A stretch of DNA of 43,138 nt from Chrysochromulina tobinii (taxonomy: Eukaryota). Shown here piece after piece: positions 33,836-43,138 of the stretch. The stretch covers positions 1 through 43,138 of the forward strand of contig JWZX01003176.1 of the NCBI GenBank assembly GCA_001275005.1, written 5' to 3'. A model generated the notes under the pieces. It had not been told where the DNA came from and searched no databases. It was given only the letters and a program-made list of their open reading frames with translations. The first letter of the stretch is position 1; each line of letters begins with the position of its first letter. Both the position numbers and the translations under genes were made by a program.

Positions 33836-34613
33836 TCACTTCCTAGCCTTCCTCGCCATCACGACCACCATCGGGTCTCGCTGGCCGACCCAACCGTCGG
33901 GCGATACGTCCGCGAACCAGCTCTGCCCACGCGTCCGATGAGAACTTGAAATAGTTGCCGACGATCTGCACGTGGTGCGCCTCGGTGAAGGGGCGATTCC
34001 AGATGGGCACCACCTTGGTGGGAAAGCAGCGGTTGGTGAAGGCCATGCACGCGAGGCCGCCCGGCTTGAGCACGCGCGCCATCTCGGCGAACACCTCGAG
34101 CGGCTTTGTCAGGCAGTCGACGCTCAACGAGTTGGTCACCACGTCGAAGCTCGCGTCGGCATACGGGAGCGTCGGCTTCTGATTGAGGTCCTGCACCGCC
34201 CACTCAGTCTTGGACGGATTGGCGATGAGCTCGAGCGGATTGAGGCCGAGGATCGCGACCCGCCGGCCTTTCCAGCCCAGTGGGTAATGCGACGTCCACG
34301 ACGAGCACAGATCAAGCACATCGCCGTCCTGCGCTGGCAGCGCGGCCTCGTAGAAGCGCGTCAAGCTGTCGCGGCACTCATCGCCCGCATGCTGCACAAA
34401 CTTGGGCACAAGGTAGAAGAGGCCATCATTCCCCGCCATCATCGGCTTGAGGTCTGCGTCAGAGTACGGGAAGCTCTTGGGCCAGTTCCCAAGCGCACGG
34501 CTCGCCGCGCTGGGCTTGGCATGCGGCACGTTGAGACCGCAGACGACGAGTGCGGCCGCGCGGTTGGCTAGCGTACACACGAGCAGCGCACGCACGCAGG
34601 CCATGTTCGCCAT
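33836..34613 (-). CDS. class I SAM-dependent methyltransferase (type 11) with a signal/transit-like leader; apparent frameshift near 33917
   Basis: VLDLCSSWTSHYP, QDLNQKPTLPYADASFDVV, RVLKPGG and FTNRCFPTK. A family-like C-terminus DVSPDGWVGQRDPMVVVMARK lies in the +1 frame with its stop at 33836-33838; the as-read frame stops at 33843. Confidence 0.85.
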
Positions 34614-35031
34614 TCACGCGCAACTCGCTCGCGCGGGGTGAGCGAGTTTGAGGGTGTATTGAGTGTGACAGTACATGTAACTCGACAACAACCGGCATGC
34701 CGCTCAGAATACACATACGTTTCATGACCCCAAACGAGATGCAATACATGCGGTGTGAACGAGCACAAGTTTGTGCCGCGTGGCGTGTCATATGATTAAG
34801 TACGAATTGTTTTCGTCGACTGGGCCCCGACGGTCATCCGGCGAATAGCGTCGTGTTGAACAGCGACGTGTCTGCCTCCGTCCATGCGATAGCGGCTCCC
34901 GTGCTAGGGGGTCCGGAGCTGACGAGCAAACATATCGTCTTCCCACGCAGCCCGCGGAAGCAGAAAAGTGCTCACACCATGGGAAGTGTCTTGCTTCCGC
35001 TTCCGTGTGGTGGTTACAAATTGTGTGGACG

Positions 35032-35073
35032 CTTAGGCCACGTGTTTAGGGGCCAGGAACTTAGGCCACGTGT
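35032..35073 (+). promoter_or_regulatory. duplicated CTTAGGCCACGTGT element containing a G-box/E-box core
   Basis: Identical 14-mers at 35032-35045 and 35060-35073, 60-100 nt upstream of the DnaJ ATG; regulatory role inferred. Confidence 0.45.
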
Positions 35074-35133
35074 CGGGCCCCAGAAAGCGTTGTGTTGAGC
35101 AGCAGCCGTCTAGACACGAGGTTGTGGTAAGCC

Positions 35134-36258
35134 ATGCCCTCCTACTACGAGCTGCTCGGCGTCGACAAGAATGCGAGCGCCGATGAGCTCAAGAAGGCGT
35201 ACCGGAAGATGGCGATGAAGTGGCACCCCGACAAGAACCAGGATAAGAAACAGGTCGCAGAGAAGAAGTTCAAGGAGATTGCCGAGGTGCGGGAACAGCC
35301 CAAGCGAGCGCCGAAATGCCATTTGCCTGGACTGACGGTGATTTGTTTTCTCTCTCGATAGGCGTACGAGGTACTCTCCGACCCGAATAAGAAGGAAATT
35401 TACGATCGGCACGGCGAGGCGGGGCTCAAGCGCGGCGGTGGCTTCGGCGCGGGCGGCATGCCCGGCGGCATGGACGCAGAGGAGCTATTCCGGCAGATGT
35501 TTAGTGGCATGGGCGGCATGCCGGGCGGCATGGGTGGCATGCCCGGCGGCGCGCGGTTCCATACATGGCCCGGTGGCATGCCCGGCGGCATGCCCGGCGC
35601 CAACGGCCAACCTGTTGACCTCGCGCAGGTGCTCAGTGGCTTGTTTGGCGGTGCGATGCCGGGCGGCGCGCGCGGCGGCGGCGGCGGCGGCAGCGGCGGG
35701 CGGGTAATGCAGGAGCACAAGCTCTCATGCACACTCGAGGAGCTCTACCGCGGTGCCACCAAGACCGAGACGGTCGAGGGGAACACGTTCAGGGTAGAGG
35801 TGCAGCCAGGATGGAAGCCGGGCACTAAGGTCAACTTCGACGACAGGGGAGTGCGCTTTGTGGTGCACGAGCAGAAGCACGAGCGCTTCGAGCGGTACAG
35901 CAATGATCTGGCGACCGTGGTCACGTGCAGCCTGCTCGAGGTCCTATTCAACGGCTCACAGCACGAGGTGCGGACCCTTGACGGTAGGCGTGTGGCGGTG
36001 CGTGTGCCTCCGCGGCGCTTGAGTGCAAGGGTGGCGTGCGAGGGGATGCCATATAAGGAAACAGATGCGCTCGGGCAGCGGCAGCAGCGGCGTGGCGACC
36101 TCGTAGTGTACCTCTTCCTGTGCTGGCCCGAGCTCCTCTCCCAGGCCAAGCAATGGGGCTCCACCTTTGGGATGATCGGCTTTCTCTGGCTCTTCCTGAC
36201 GAACCCGATGCTGTGCCTCTTCATATTTGGCGCCTACCGATTCCTGAGCTCGCGGTAG
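35134..36258 (+). CDS. class B (DNAJB/Sis1-like) Hsp40 with a hydrophobic C-terminal tail, 349 aa; exons 35134-35286 and 35362-36258
   Basis: YYELLGV...[16 protein letters not shown]...FKEIAE|AYEVLSD; G/F- and G/M-rich region; [30 protein letters not shown] and RGDL; 75-nt GT-AG intron. Confidence 0.92.
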
Positions 36259-36736
36259 ATGCGCCCACCAAGGGATGGCTGACTGGCGGCGTATGCTGTA
36301 CGCTTACGGTGGTTCCACCCGCGCCGAGAGGGGCTTGCGGGATGTGCATGGGGATGTGAAACTTCCCCCGCCTTGATACACACAACCGATCATAGCCACC
36401 AGCACAGAGGCCGTGCGCGCATGAAACTTGAGAGCACCATGGCTGTATTGCACCGGGACACCACAGCTGCGCGTCACATTCATCATTCTGATTGAAAATA
36501 GGTGTCGATGCTCTAACGATGCTCCGTCGACGTGCTTAGACGATTTCTATGTTACGGACCGTTCTTGGGATTGTATGAGTTCTGGCTTTCACTAATCCCT
36601 ACTGGTGCCACTCAGCTGCTACGTCAACTTCTGCTAGAAAACCCATTGACGTGCTGTGCACGCTCGTGGCGGGCGGACTGGAGCAGTGTCATGCCATCCG
36701 ATCAGTGTCCACGCTACGTATTCATGCTCACGGCCT

Positions 36737-36988
36737 TCAATAACTGAATTTCTGCTTCCTTTGTCCCTTTCGATCATCGCTGTTAGCGAGTAGAGCCCAG
36801 GCAGCCGCCGTCGCCGCCGCCTTTTTAGCCTTCTTAGAGGCGAATCGTTTGCTGCTGAAGCCTGTGTATGATGGCTGCAGCCCATTCGGCGGTTTTGTGG
36901 CGCCGATGATCTTAGGGCCCAGCTTATGGCCTTTCTCTCGCTCCCGCGCCCTTGCGTTAGGGCCCTTGTGCTTCACGTTCTTGCCCAT
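36737..36988 (-). CDS. small basic hypothetical protein (83 aa)
   Basis: ATG at 36988; Lys/Arg-rich sequence MGKNVKHKGPNARAREREKGHKLGPK; no recognised family. Confidence 0.45.
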   Translation of the reverse strand: MGKNVKHKGPNARAREREKGHKLGPKIIGATKPPNGLQPSYTGFSSKRFASKKAKKAAATAAAWALLANSDDRKGQRKQKFSY

Positions 36989-37309
36989 CTCACTCTTCAG
37001 GGTCGCGAAGACGATTCGGCAACCACAATCCTGGAATGGCGACGCGCCTCGATCGCGTGCCCGTTTCCTTCCGGCCGACGATTGGGCGAACAAAAACTTC
37101 GCGCGTCTTGTCGAGCGCGCAACCTGCGCGTCGGGCAACTGGGGCGCTTAAACTCCGCCACTTCCAGCCCGAAAGAGAACTGACCGACCTGCATGTAACC
37201 GACGTTGCGGATGTGAACGCGAATCCCTAAGAATGCTCGAAAAAGGAAATCGAGGTTTTTCGAAGTGTGTTCGTTCCCCCTCGCGCATCTTCTTCCTGGG
37301 GGCCCGTCC

Positions 37310-39419
37310 ATGATGGCGATGGTCACGCTCGGGATCGCCGCGTTGAATTGGCAACCAATGAAGGCACATGTGGCCTTTCCACCCATGGAGGTGCAGCACG
37401 CGCTCGTCGCCCGTTCCCCATTCGCAATCATGCTCGACAGCGAGGCCGAGGAGATGGAGGAGTGGAAAGTCATGCAGCGCACGTGTGTCACGGAAGGCCT
37501 CGACCTCAAGCTATTGGTCTCTGCTCTGCCTTGCCTCCCTTGCCTCCCAAACTGATCTGGACTCGTGCCGTGAATCGACATACGCGCACACAGGCTCGAT
37601 ATGGCGCAACTGCGGTTGGAACAATGGGGCCGTGGTGGCGGTGGGTCGCCATCGCAGTGGTCAGGCGGCCAATCGGTCGCGAGCTTGCTCGATGGCACAG
37701 CCTCGACGCTCGCCTTGGGCAAGCAGCGCCTGCAGGCCAAGGTCCAGCGAGAGCGTTTGCAAGCGGAGGAGGCATTGAGGCGGGCGGCGATGGCGGAGGC
37801 GGCGCTGGCTGCAGCGAGCGAGAGTCAGCAGCGTGCGGAGTGGCAGGCGGCGGCCGTGCTCTCCAAGGTGCGGTACGCCGAGGAGGAGCTGGAGCGAGCC
37901 GTGCAAACTACCACCTCCGCATCCACGCGCGCTGCGCGTGCCGAGGCCGCGGCGCTTCGATGCGGCGGCGGTCGTAGAGCGCGTCGAGGAGCTCGCACGT
38001 ATGGCGGCTAATAAAGCGATCCAGCAAGAGCAGCTGGCGACCGAGGCGACCGTGCGGGCGTCCGAGGCGAGCGCTGCCGCGGCCGCTGAAGCGCAGAAGG
38101 CGGCCGACGCGCGGGCGGAGAAGGAGAGAGCGGTGGCGGCGGCGGAGGCGGAGACGGCGGCGGCGCGCTTGGCGAGGCAGGCTGAGGCAGAACGTGCAGC
38201 CCGCGCAGAGGCGGCAGCGGCGAGCACGGCGCAGAAGCTGAACACGACGGCGCGCGAGCTCGCGGAGGTGCGTGCCGAGCTCAGCGAGGGGCGCGAGTTT
38301 GCGGCCGCTCGAGTGAGTGACCTCGACGATGCACTCGAGCGGGCTCAAGATCGGCTCGCACGCACGCAGAGGGACTTGGAGGCTCAGGCGAAGGCGACGA
38401 GCGAGGTCGAGAAGGCGGCCGCACGGGAGGCGGCCGCGGCGGCCGCAGCGCAGGCGGCTGCTGCCGCGGCGGCCAAAGAGGCGGCCGAGGCACGAATGAT
38501 CGCCGAGGGCGAGGCTGCCGCGGCGGCTCAAGCGAGGGCTGAAAAGGAGCAGGCGGTGGCGGCGGCGCAAGCGGAGGCGATGATCGCTGTTGCGCGGCAG
38601 CGGCAAGTGGAGACGCTCGTGGCGACGGCCCAGGAGTCGGCTCAGTGGGCGCGGGCTGAGCTGGCTACGGCCATGGCGGCGCGCGACGAGGCCTCTTCTC
38701 GAGCCCGCGAGGCGACCGCACGCGCGACGACAGCGGAGGTGGCAGCCAAGCGTGCTGTGCGGGAGAAGCGCACCGCGGTCGCGTTGGTGCAAGCAGAGCG
38801 TCAGCTCGCGCTCGAGGCGAGGGACGAGGCAACGGCGCGTGCGGAGCAGGCCGCGACACGCGCGGCGATGGCCGACGAAGCCGCGCGCCGTGCCGAGCAT
38901 GACAAGGAGGCTGCCGTGCAGGCAGCCAGGCTACAAGCGGCGGGCGCCGAGCGGCACGCGAACGCGGCCGCGCAGCAGAGCACAGTCGCCATCGAGCGCG
39001 CCACAGTCGCCGAGGCGCGCGCTCAGCAGGCGGAGGCACAGAACAGCGCACTCGGCGCGGCACTCGATTGCGCCCTCATCGAGCTCGATGAGCTTACCGG
39101 CCAGTGTGCGGCGCTCCACCGACGCGCCGCGGCCCTGAGCACTGAGCTGCGCCGCATCCAGACGCGCCACGCCGATGGCGCCGCCCCGAACGCAGGCACG
39201 AGTGGCGGCAGCGGCAGCATGGGCAGCATGGCCGGCGTTGTGAAGCCCACCAATGCCGTGATGGCGACGGGAGCGTCCTTCGGCAGCATGGGCAACACGG
39301 CCACTGCTCTCTCGGCGCACGAGCGCGAGGCCCAGGCAAAGGCCGAGTGGCTCGCCAAGCTCGACCGGCCGCTCGCTCCCAGGCTTGATGTGAAGCTGGT
39401 CAACTCGCTGCGGCGGTGA
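37310..39419 (+). CDS. Ala/Glu/Arg-rich long coiled-coil protein with a probable targeting leader; probable intron ending at 37593; apparent frameshift near 37955
   Basis: Three consecutive coding-like frames (37310-~37516, 37594-~37954, ~37956-39419). The acceptor ACACAG at 37593 is plausible but the donor is unresolved: the obvious GT at 37517 gives the wrong phase. Confidence 0.6.
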
Positions 39420-39698
39420 GGCGAGGGGTCAAGGAGGGGGATCGTGGTTGGGTGCGTTGTCGGCGGGTTGTCACATGTTTCGGTGCGTTGACCGTTGTCT
39501 GGCGGCGTTGTCTGCGTTGACTGTGTCGTAGACTTGTACGTTGTGGGAAGAGGGGGTACAGAGAAGCGAGAGCAGCGAGCTTGGGGGGCAGGGGGCGCGG
39601 CAAAAGCGCGACCGCGCGACCCGCGCATCAAAAGGCGCCATGACGGGCGGATTCATCGACGTGGTGACCCCCGACACGCGAAGTCGGCGCGGGCGGCA

Positions 39699-40823
39699 AT
39701 GGCGATGCACATGCAGAGCTTCCTCAACACGGAGACGGAGCTGGGCGGGCGCAGCGACTTGCCCGATGAGGTCTTATTGGCGCTGACGGCCGGTGGCTGG
39801 CCAGCGATCCGCTCGTCGACCAAGCTCGACACGCAGCAGCAGCAGCAGCATGAGGTCTTTGTGCTCGAGTTCAGCAAGGAGGCACCGGCGGCGCTCGCGC
39901 CGTGCGGGCCGCACGGCAGCGACCGCTCCTCGGCCAAGCTGATCATCATCGGTACGGAGCTCGGACGCTCGCCCATCTTTGCGGTCGACGCGCCCACGTC
40001 CGCGGCGACCATCGAGCGCACGCTCGCACTCGCATTGGCCGCGGGCGCTGCCGTGCCCAAGGTGTGGATGCGCGGCGAGATAGCCAAGCGTGGCGCACTC
40101 CGCCGCCTCTCGTACGTCCTTCTCGAGAACTTGCCCGCCGCCGCCGCCGCGTCCGGCCTGTCACTCCCGCTTCCCGTCACCGTGGGTCCGAAAGCAGTGG
40201 CGGGCATCGCGTGGTACGATGACGCACCGAGCTTGCTGCGTGAGATGAGGCGGCTGGCTATCGAGGCGGGCGCGATGGAACTGGACGCTCCGCTCGCCAA
40301 GCTCGAGGCCCACTGCACCGACGCGTGTGGCGCGCCCACACAGCGCTGCATCCTCTTTGACGTCGGTGGCACGTCCGAGGCAGAGGTTACGCCCGAAGCC
40401 ACACCCGCAGAGCCGCCGCCGCCGCCGCCGCCGCCGCTCGACACGACGCTCTTCTGGGCGGGCGCGGCCGTATGTGATGCGCGGGTGCTCCATGCGCCCG
40501 GCGCGCCCTGGGAGCTCGTCCGCGCCGCATGCCACGTCGTCAAGGCACGCTGGCTCATCGACCTGTGCCGGCGCGAGCCCGGTACGGCGCCGCGCTGCGA
40601 GGTTCGCGCCCTACTGAGCGCGCACGACGGTGCGCAGAAGCTTCTCGTCGAGCCTCCGTGCCCCCCTGCATGCAAGTGCTCACCCTGGCGCCCTCGCCCC
40701 CCCACAGGTGCGCAGAAGCTCCTCGTCGAGCGCGGCTGGCTACCGGCCACGGCCATCTCCAAGGGCAGCTCGTGCGCCATGCTCGCCCAGACCTTCCCGG
40801 AAGAGATGTGCCCGTGCTACTGA
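39699..40823 (+). CDS. hypothetical protein with an APH/choline-kinase-like N-lobe; probable 78-nt intron 40630-40707
   Basis: LALAAGAAVPKVW...YVLLENLP resembles the aminoglycoside phosphotransferase N-lobe; duplicated GAQKLLVE flanks a GT-AG segment. Confidence 0.6.
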   Translation: MAMHMQSFLNTETELGGRSDLPDEVLLALTAGGWPAIRSSTKLDTQQQQQHEVFVLEFSKEAPAALAPCGPHGSDRSSAKLIIIGTELGRSPIFAVDAPTSAATIERTLALALAAGAAVPKVWMRGEIAKRGALRRLSYVLLENLPAAAAASGLSLPLPVTVGPKAVAGIAWYDDAPSLLREMRRLAIEAGAMELDAPLAKLEAHCTDACGAPTQRCILFDVGGTSEAEVTPEATPAEPPPPPPPPLDTTLFWAGAAVCDARVLHAPGAPWELVRAACHVVKARWLIDLCRREPGTAPRCEVRALLSAHDGAQKLLVEPPCPPACKCSPWRPRPPTGAQKLLVERGWLPATAISKGSSCAMLAQTFPEEMCPCY

Positions 40824-41400
40824 GCGCGTGGTCCCGTGAGCGCGATCGCGTTGGCCTTGGCGAGGTGCACTGCGCGCCACTACTGTGCGCTCGCCGTGGC
40901 GCTCGCCCGGGGAGTTGGGGAGGGGAGATGTGTTTTTTCCCGATCACTCTCTGCGAGTACGGTTTGCGCGCCTGCGTCTCCGAACAGATGCCGAACCGGC
41001 CCCGTGCGCGTCGTCGTGGCGCGTGGTCTCTGGTCTCGTCCCCGCAGCTCGGGGGCCCGGCACCCCGCCGCACGCGCGGCTCGCGGGACCTGAAAACGCG
41101 GCGGGCCGACGGCGACGCCCGCGGGCACCCGCGGTGCGCGGAGGTCGAGGTGGGGAATCATCGCGTTCCGCGTGGTATGTGTCCACGGACATGTGTGTCT
41201 GTCGTGCAAATTGTGAACCGCTCTCTGTGTACAAACTCGCACCGAGTCCCTCTTGCGAGCGTGCGTCACACGCGCCGGTCCGCCCGCCTCCTCGCCTTTA
41301 TCCTTTGTGTCGCCTCACTGTGGTGACACCTCCGCGCTCATCCTCAAGCGCCCGCGTTGGCTCAGCCAGCCGGGCGACGATCAAATCAGGCAGGCCGCAA

Positions 41401-41958
41401 TCAGCCCTGACGTGGGAAGTCGTACTGCTTGCCGTTGATCATCATCGGACCTCCCCTGAAGCTGCGTTTTACGGTCTCTGCAAACTGCCGACGGTTGCCA
41501 GCGAGCATGTTGGCAGCCTCTTTGTTCAGAGGATCGTCGGCATTAGGCTCCAGCATCAGAAACTGCAGCCCCATGATGACAGATGAAATGGTCAGCACCG
41601 GCTTCCAGTCCTCGCGCAGGATGTTGAGGCACACGTGCCCTTCCATGTCAATGTTTGGGTGGAAGACCAGCGTCTCGCAGAGCACCTTCGGGGCATCGTG
41701 GGGGTACGTATTTGGCACCTTCACGTCGAAGGTGAAGTGCCCCCCTGCGTGAAAGCCGTCATCCGGACTGATCTTGACCTTGAAGTTCATGAGGTCCGCC
41801 TTGCCGTTGTAAAAGTCGATCTCGACGCCCTTCTCTTTCTTGAGCTCGCTGACGTCTTTCTGCATGCGAATCAGGCCGGGTGCGATTTTGCCCTCTCCCG
41901 ACGCCGCCGCCGCCGCCGCCTTCCCCTTCTCCTGCTTCAAACTGAACAGTTTGATCAT
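41401..41958 (-). CDS. UBC12: NEDD8/RUB1-conjugating E2 enzyme, intronless, 185 aa
   Basis: Characteristic N-terminal MIKLFSLKQ docking peptide and FHPNIDMEGHVCLNILREDWKPVL active site; EPNADDPLNKEAA. Confidence 0.96.
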   Translation of the reverse strand: MIKLFSLKQEKGKAAAAAASGEGKIAPGLIRMQKDVSELKKEKGVEIDFYNGKADLMNFKVKISPDDGFHAGGHFTFDVKVPNTYPHDAPKVLCETLVFHPNIDMEGHVCLNILREDWKPVLTISSVIMGLQFLMLEPNADDPLNKEAANMLAGNRRQFAETVKRSFRGGPMMINGKQYDFPRQG

Positions 41959-42160
41959 GGCAACCCTGAACCAGCGCTTGCTTCGCGGGGCGCGTGCGTT
42001 CGCGGTCACACGATTCCGCCTTCTCGCTCGCACTTTCGCAAACACGCTCAAAAGACACTCTAAAGACTAGAGGCAAAATGAAACTCTCACGCCGCCCAGG
42101 CAAACTCACGCATCCCCAAAAGCGCTGTTATGAGCGTCCAGTCCGTCTCACACGGATCAT

Positions 42161-42751
42161 ATGTGGATGAGGACATGTCTCGTTGCCGTGCTCGTCGCCG
42201 CCATCGCCGCGCTACCGAGCGAGCCTTTGACACCATACGGTGGCGACGTTGAGAGCGTCACCCCCGTCATGCAGTCCGCTGGTGCTGACGCCTCGCAGCC
42301 CGCTGATGCCGACGCCACACAGCAGCAGGCGGAGGCTTCCATTGCCCAGGTCGAGGCCGACGTGCGGTTGATGGACTCTTTTGCGAACGCCGTGCGGCGC
42401 GACCTCACCGAGCAGGACAAGGTGAAGCAGGGTATCATCCATGCGCTCGGCTACTTCCGTCGGCAGGAAGAGCTCGCCCAAGACGAGCGTGACGGCTGCC
42501 ACAGCAAGACACAACACCTCGAGGACGAGGTCGCCACTCTGCAGCGCCAGATAAAGGCACTTGAGGCGGAGAAGATGGCGCTGGCCGCGGATAAGGCCAT
42601 GCTGACCGAGGCCAACAAGAAGGTCCTCGCGCAGGTCAACAGCGTCTTCGCGTTTGGCCAGGCGGTGCAGTTGGGTCTCGCCTTCAAGGGCGTTGCCCTC
42701 GATGGCGCACCAAACGCCTCGACTGCCGCGGCCGCGTCAGGCGCCTCGTGA
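42161..42751 (+). CDS. hypothetical secreted coiled-coil protein (196 aa)
   Basis: Signal-like MRTCLVAVLVAAIAA; heptad segment LEDEVATLQRQIKALEAEKMAL; GC3 bias. Confidence 0.7.
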   Translation: MWMRTCLVAVLVAAIAALPSEPLTPYGGDVESVTPVMQSAGADASQPADADATQQQAEASIAQVEADVRLMDSFANAVRRDLTEQDKVKQGIIHALGYFRRQEELAQDERDGCHSKTQHLEDEVATLQRQIKALEAEKMALAADKAMLTEANKKVLAQVNSVFAFGQAVQLGLAFKGVALDGAPNASTAAAASGAS

Positions 42752-43074
42752 GGTTTGGATAGATGCAGGCAAGACACCACCCACATGCCACCTCCATGGC
42801 GCGTGCGAGCGTGCATCGTTTTGCTGGGCCTAAAGTATGCATTTTGGTAAAGATAATGGTCACATGCGGAGCTTGGTATCGTACTCAGGTAGAATCTCGT
42901 GGTGTGTACGCGGAGTTTCCTGTGAGATTTGCGCTCGCTCCCCCGAACCCTTCGCGAAGATGCCCTGGCAGTCTTCCCTCGCGATGCCCTGGGGCTATTC
43001 CGAGACCCCTCCTGGTCCTGCGAGCGAGCCCTCCAAGACGGTCTAGTTGTCCATGACGTTCGTCGCGTCCCCGC

Positions 43075-43138
43075 GTAAACGCAGCGTCGGGTGCGTATAC
43101 GCGGGTAGGTGCGTATACGCACCCGACGCCGCGTTCAC
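43075..43138. repeat. 28-bp inverted repeat with an 8-nt spacer reaching the window end
   Basis: Arms 43075-43102 and 43111-43138 are complementary at 26 of 28 positions. Confidence 0.9.

Noticed and set aside
13464..37955. Programmed ribosomal frameshifting as a shared explanation for three frame breaks
   Set aside because: The directions differ, there is no shared slippery motif, and each break is repaired by lengthening a short G or GC run, which is typical of sequencing indels.
21563..41958. Apparent proteostasis cluster (two J-proteins, STI1, DeSI-like, DPP3, UBC12)
   Set aside because: These are large, common eukaryotic families interspersed with unrelated genes, with mixed orientation and different predicted compartments; there is no evidence of functional clustering.

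Overview
GC-rich, gene-dense eukaryotic nuclear DNA with short spliceosomal introns. An algal or protist origin, possibly a haptophyte, is inferred from composition and intron style only. About 17 protein genes are supported: an ABC1/ADCK atypical kinase, a giant (~5,750 aa) VPS13-family lipid-transfer protein carrying ankyrin, PH/GRAM-like and IQ-like inserts, an STI1/DP-repeat protein, a PPPDE/DeSI-like protein, a nucleoplasmin-like (NPL)-acidic-SANT protein, two J-domain proteins, dipeptidyl peptidase III, a type-11 SAM methyltransferase, UBC12 and several hypothetical proteins. The most unusual signal is in the introns. Four introns in three unrelated genes are built from related (C/G)TCTG(A/G)T-type 10-12-mer arrays that always lie in the sense orientation. 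Four introns (three of those plus one more) have direct repeats of 8-25 nt of exon sequence across their two junctions. The VPS13 intron is three serial GT...[exon copy]CAG units. This suggests recent intron creation by local duplication and repeat filling (inference). Three apparent frameshifts sit in short homopolymer or dinucleotide runs and are probably sequencing errors. No rRNA, tRNA, CRISPR array or transposase was recognised. All family calls come from visual motif recognition, not database searches.
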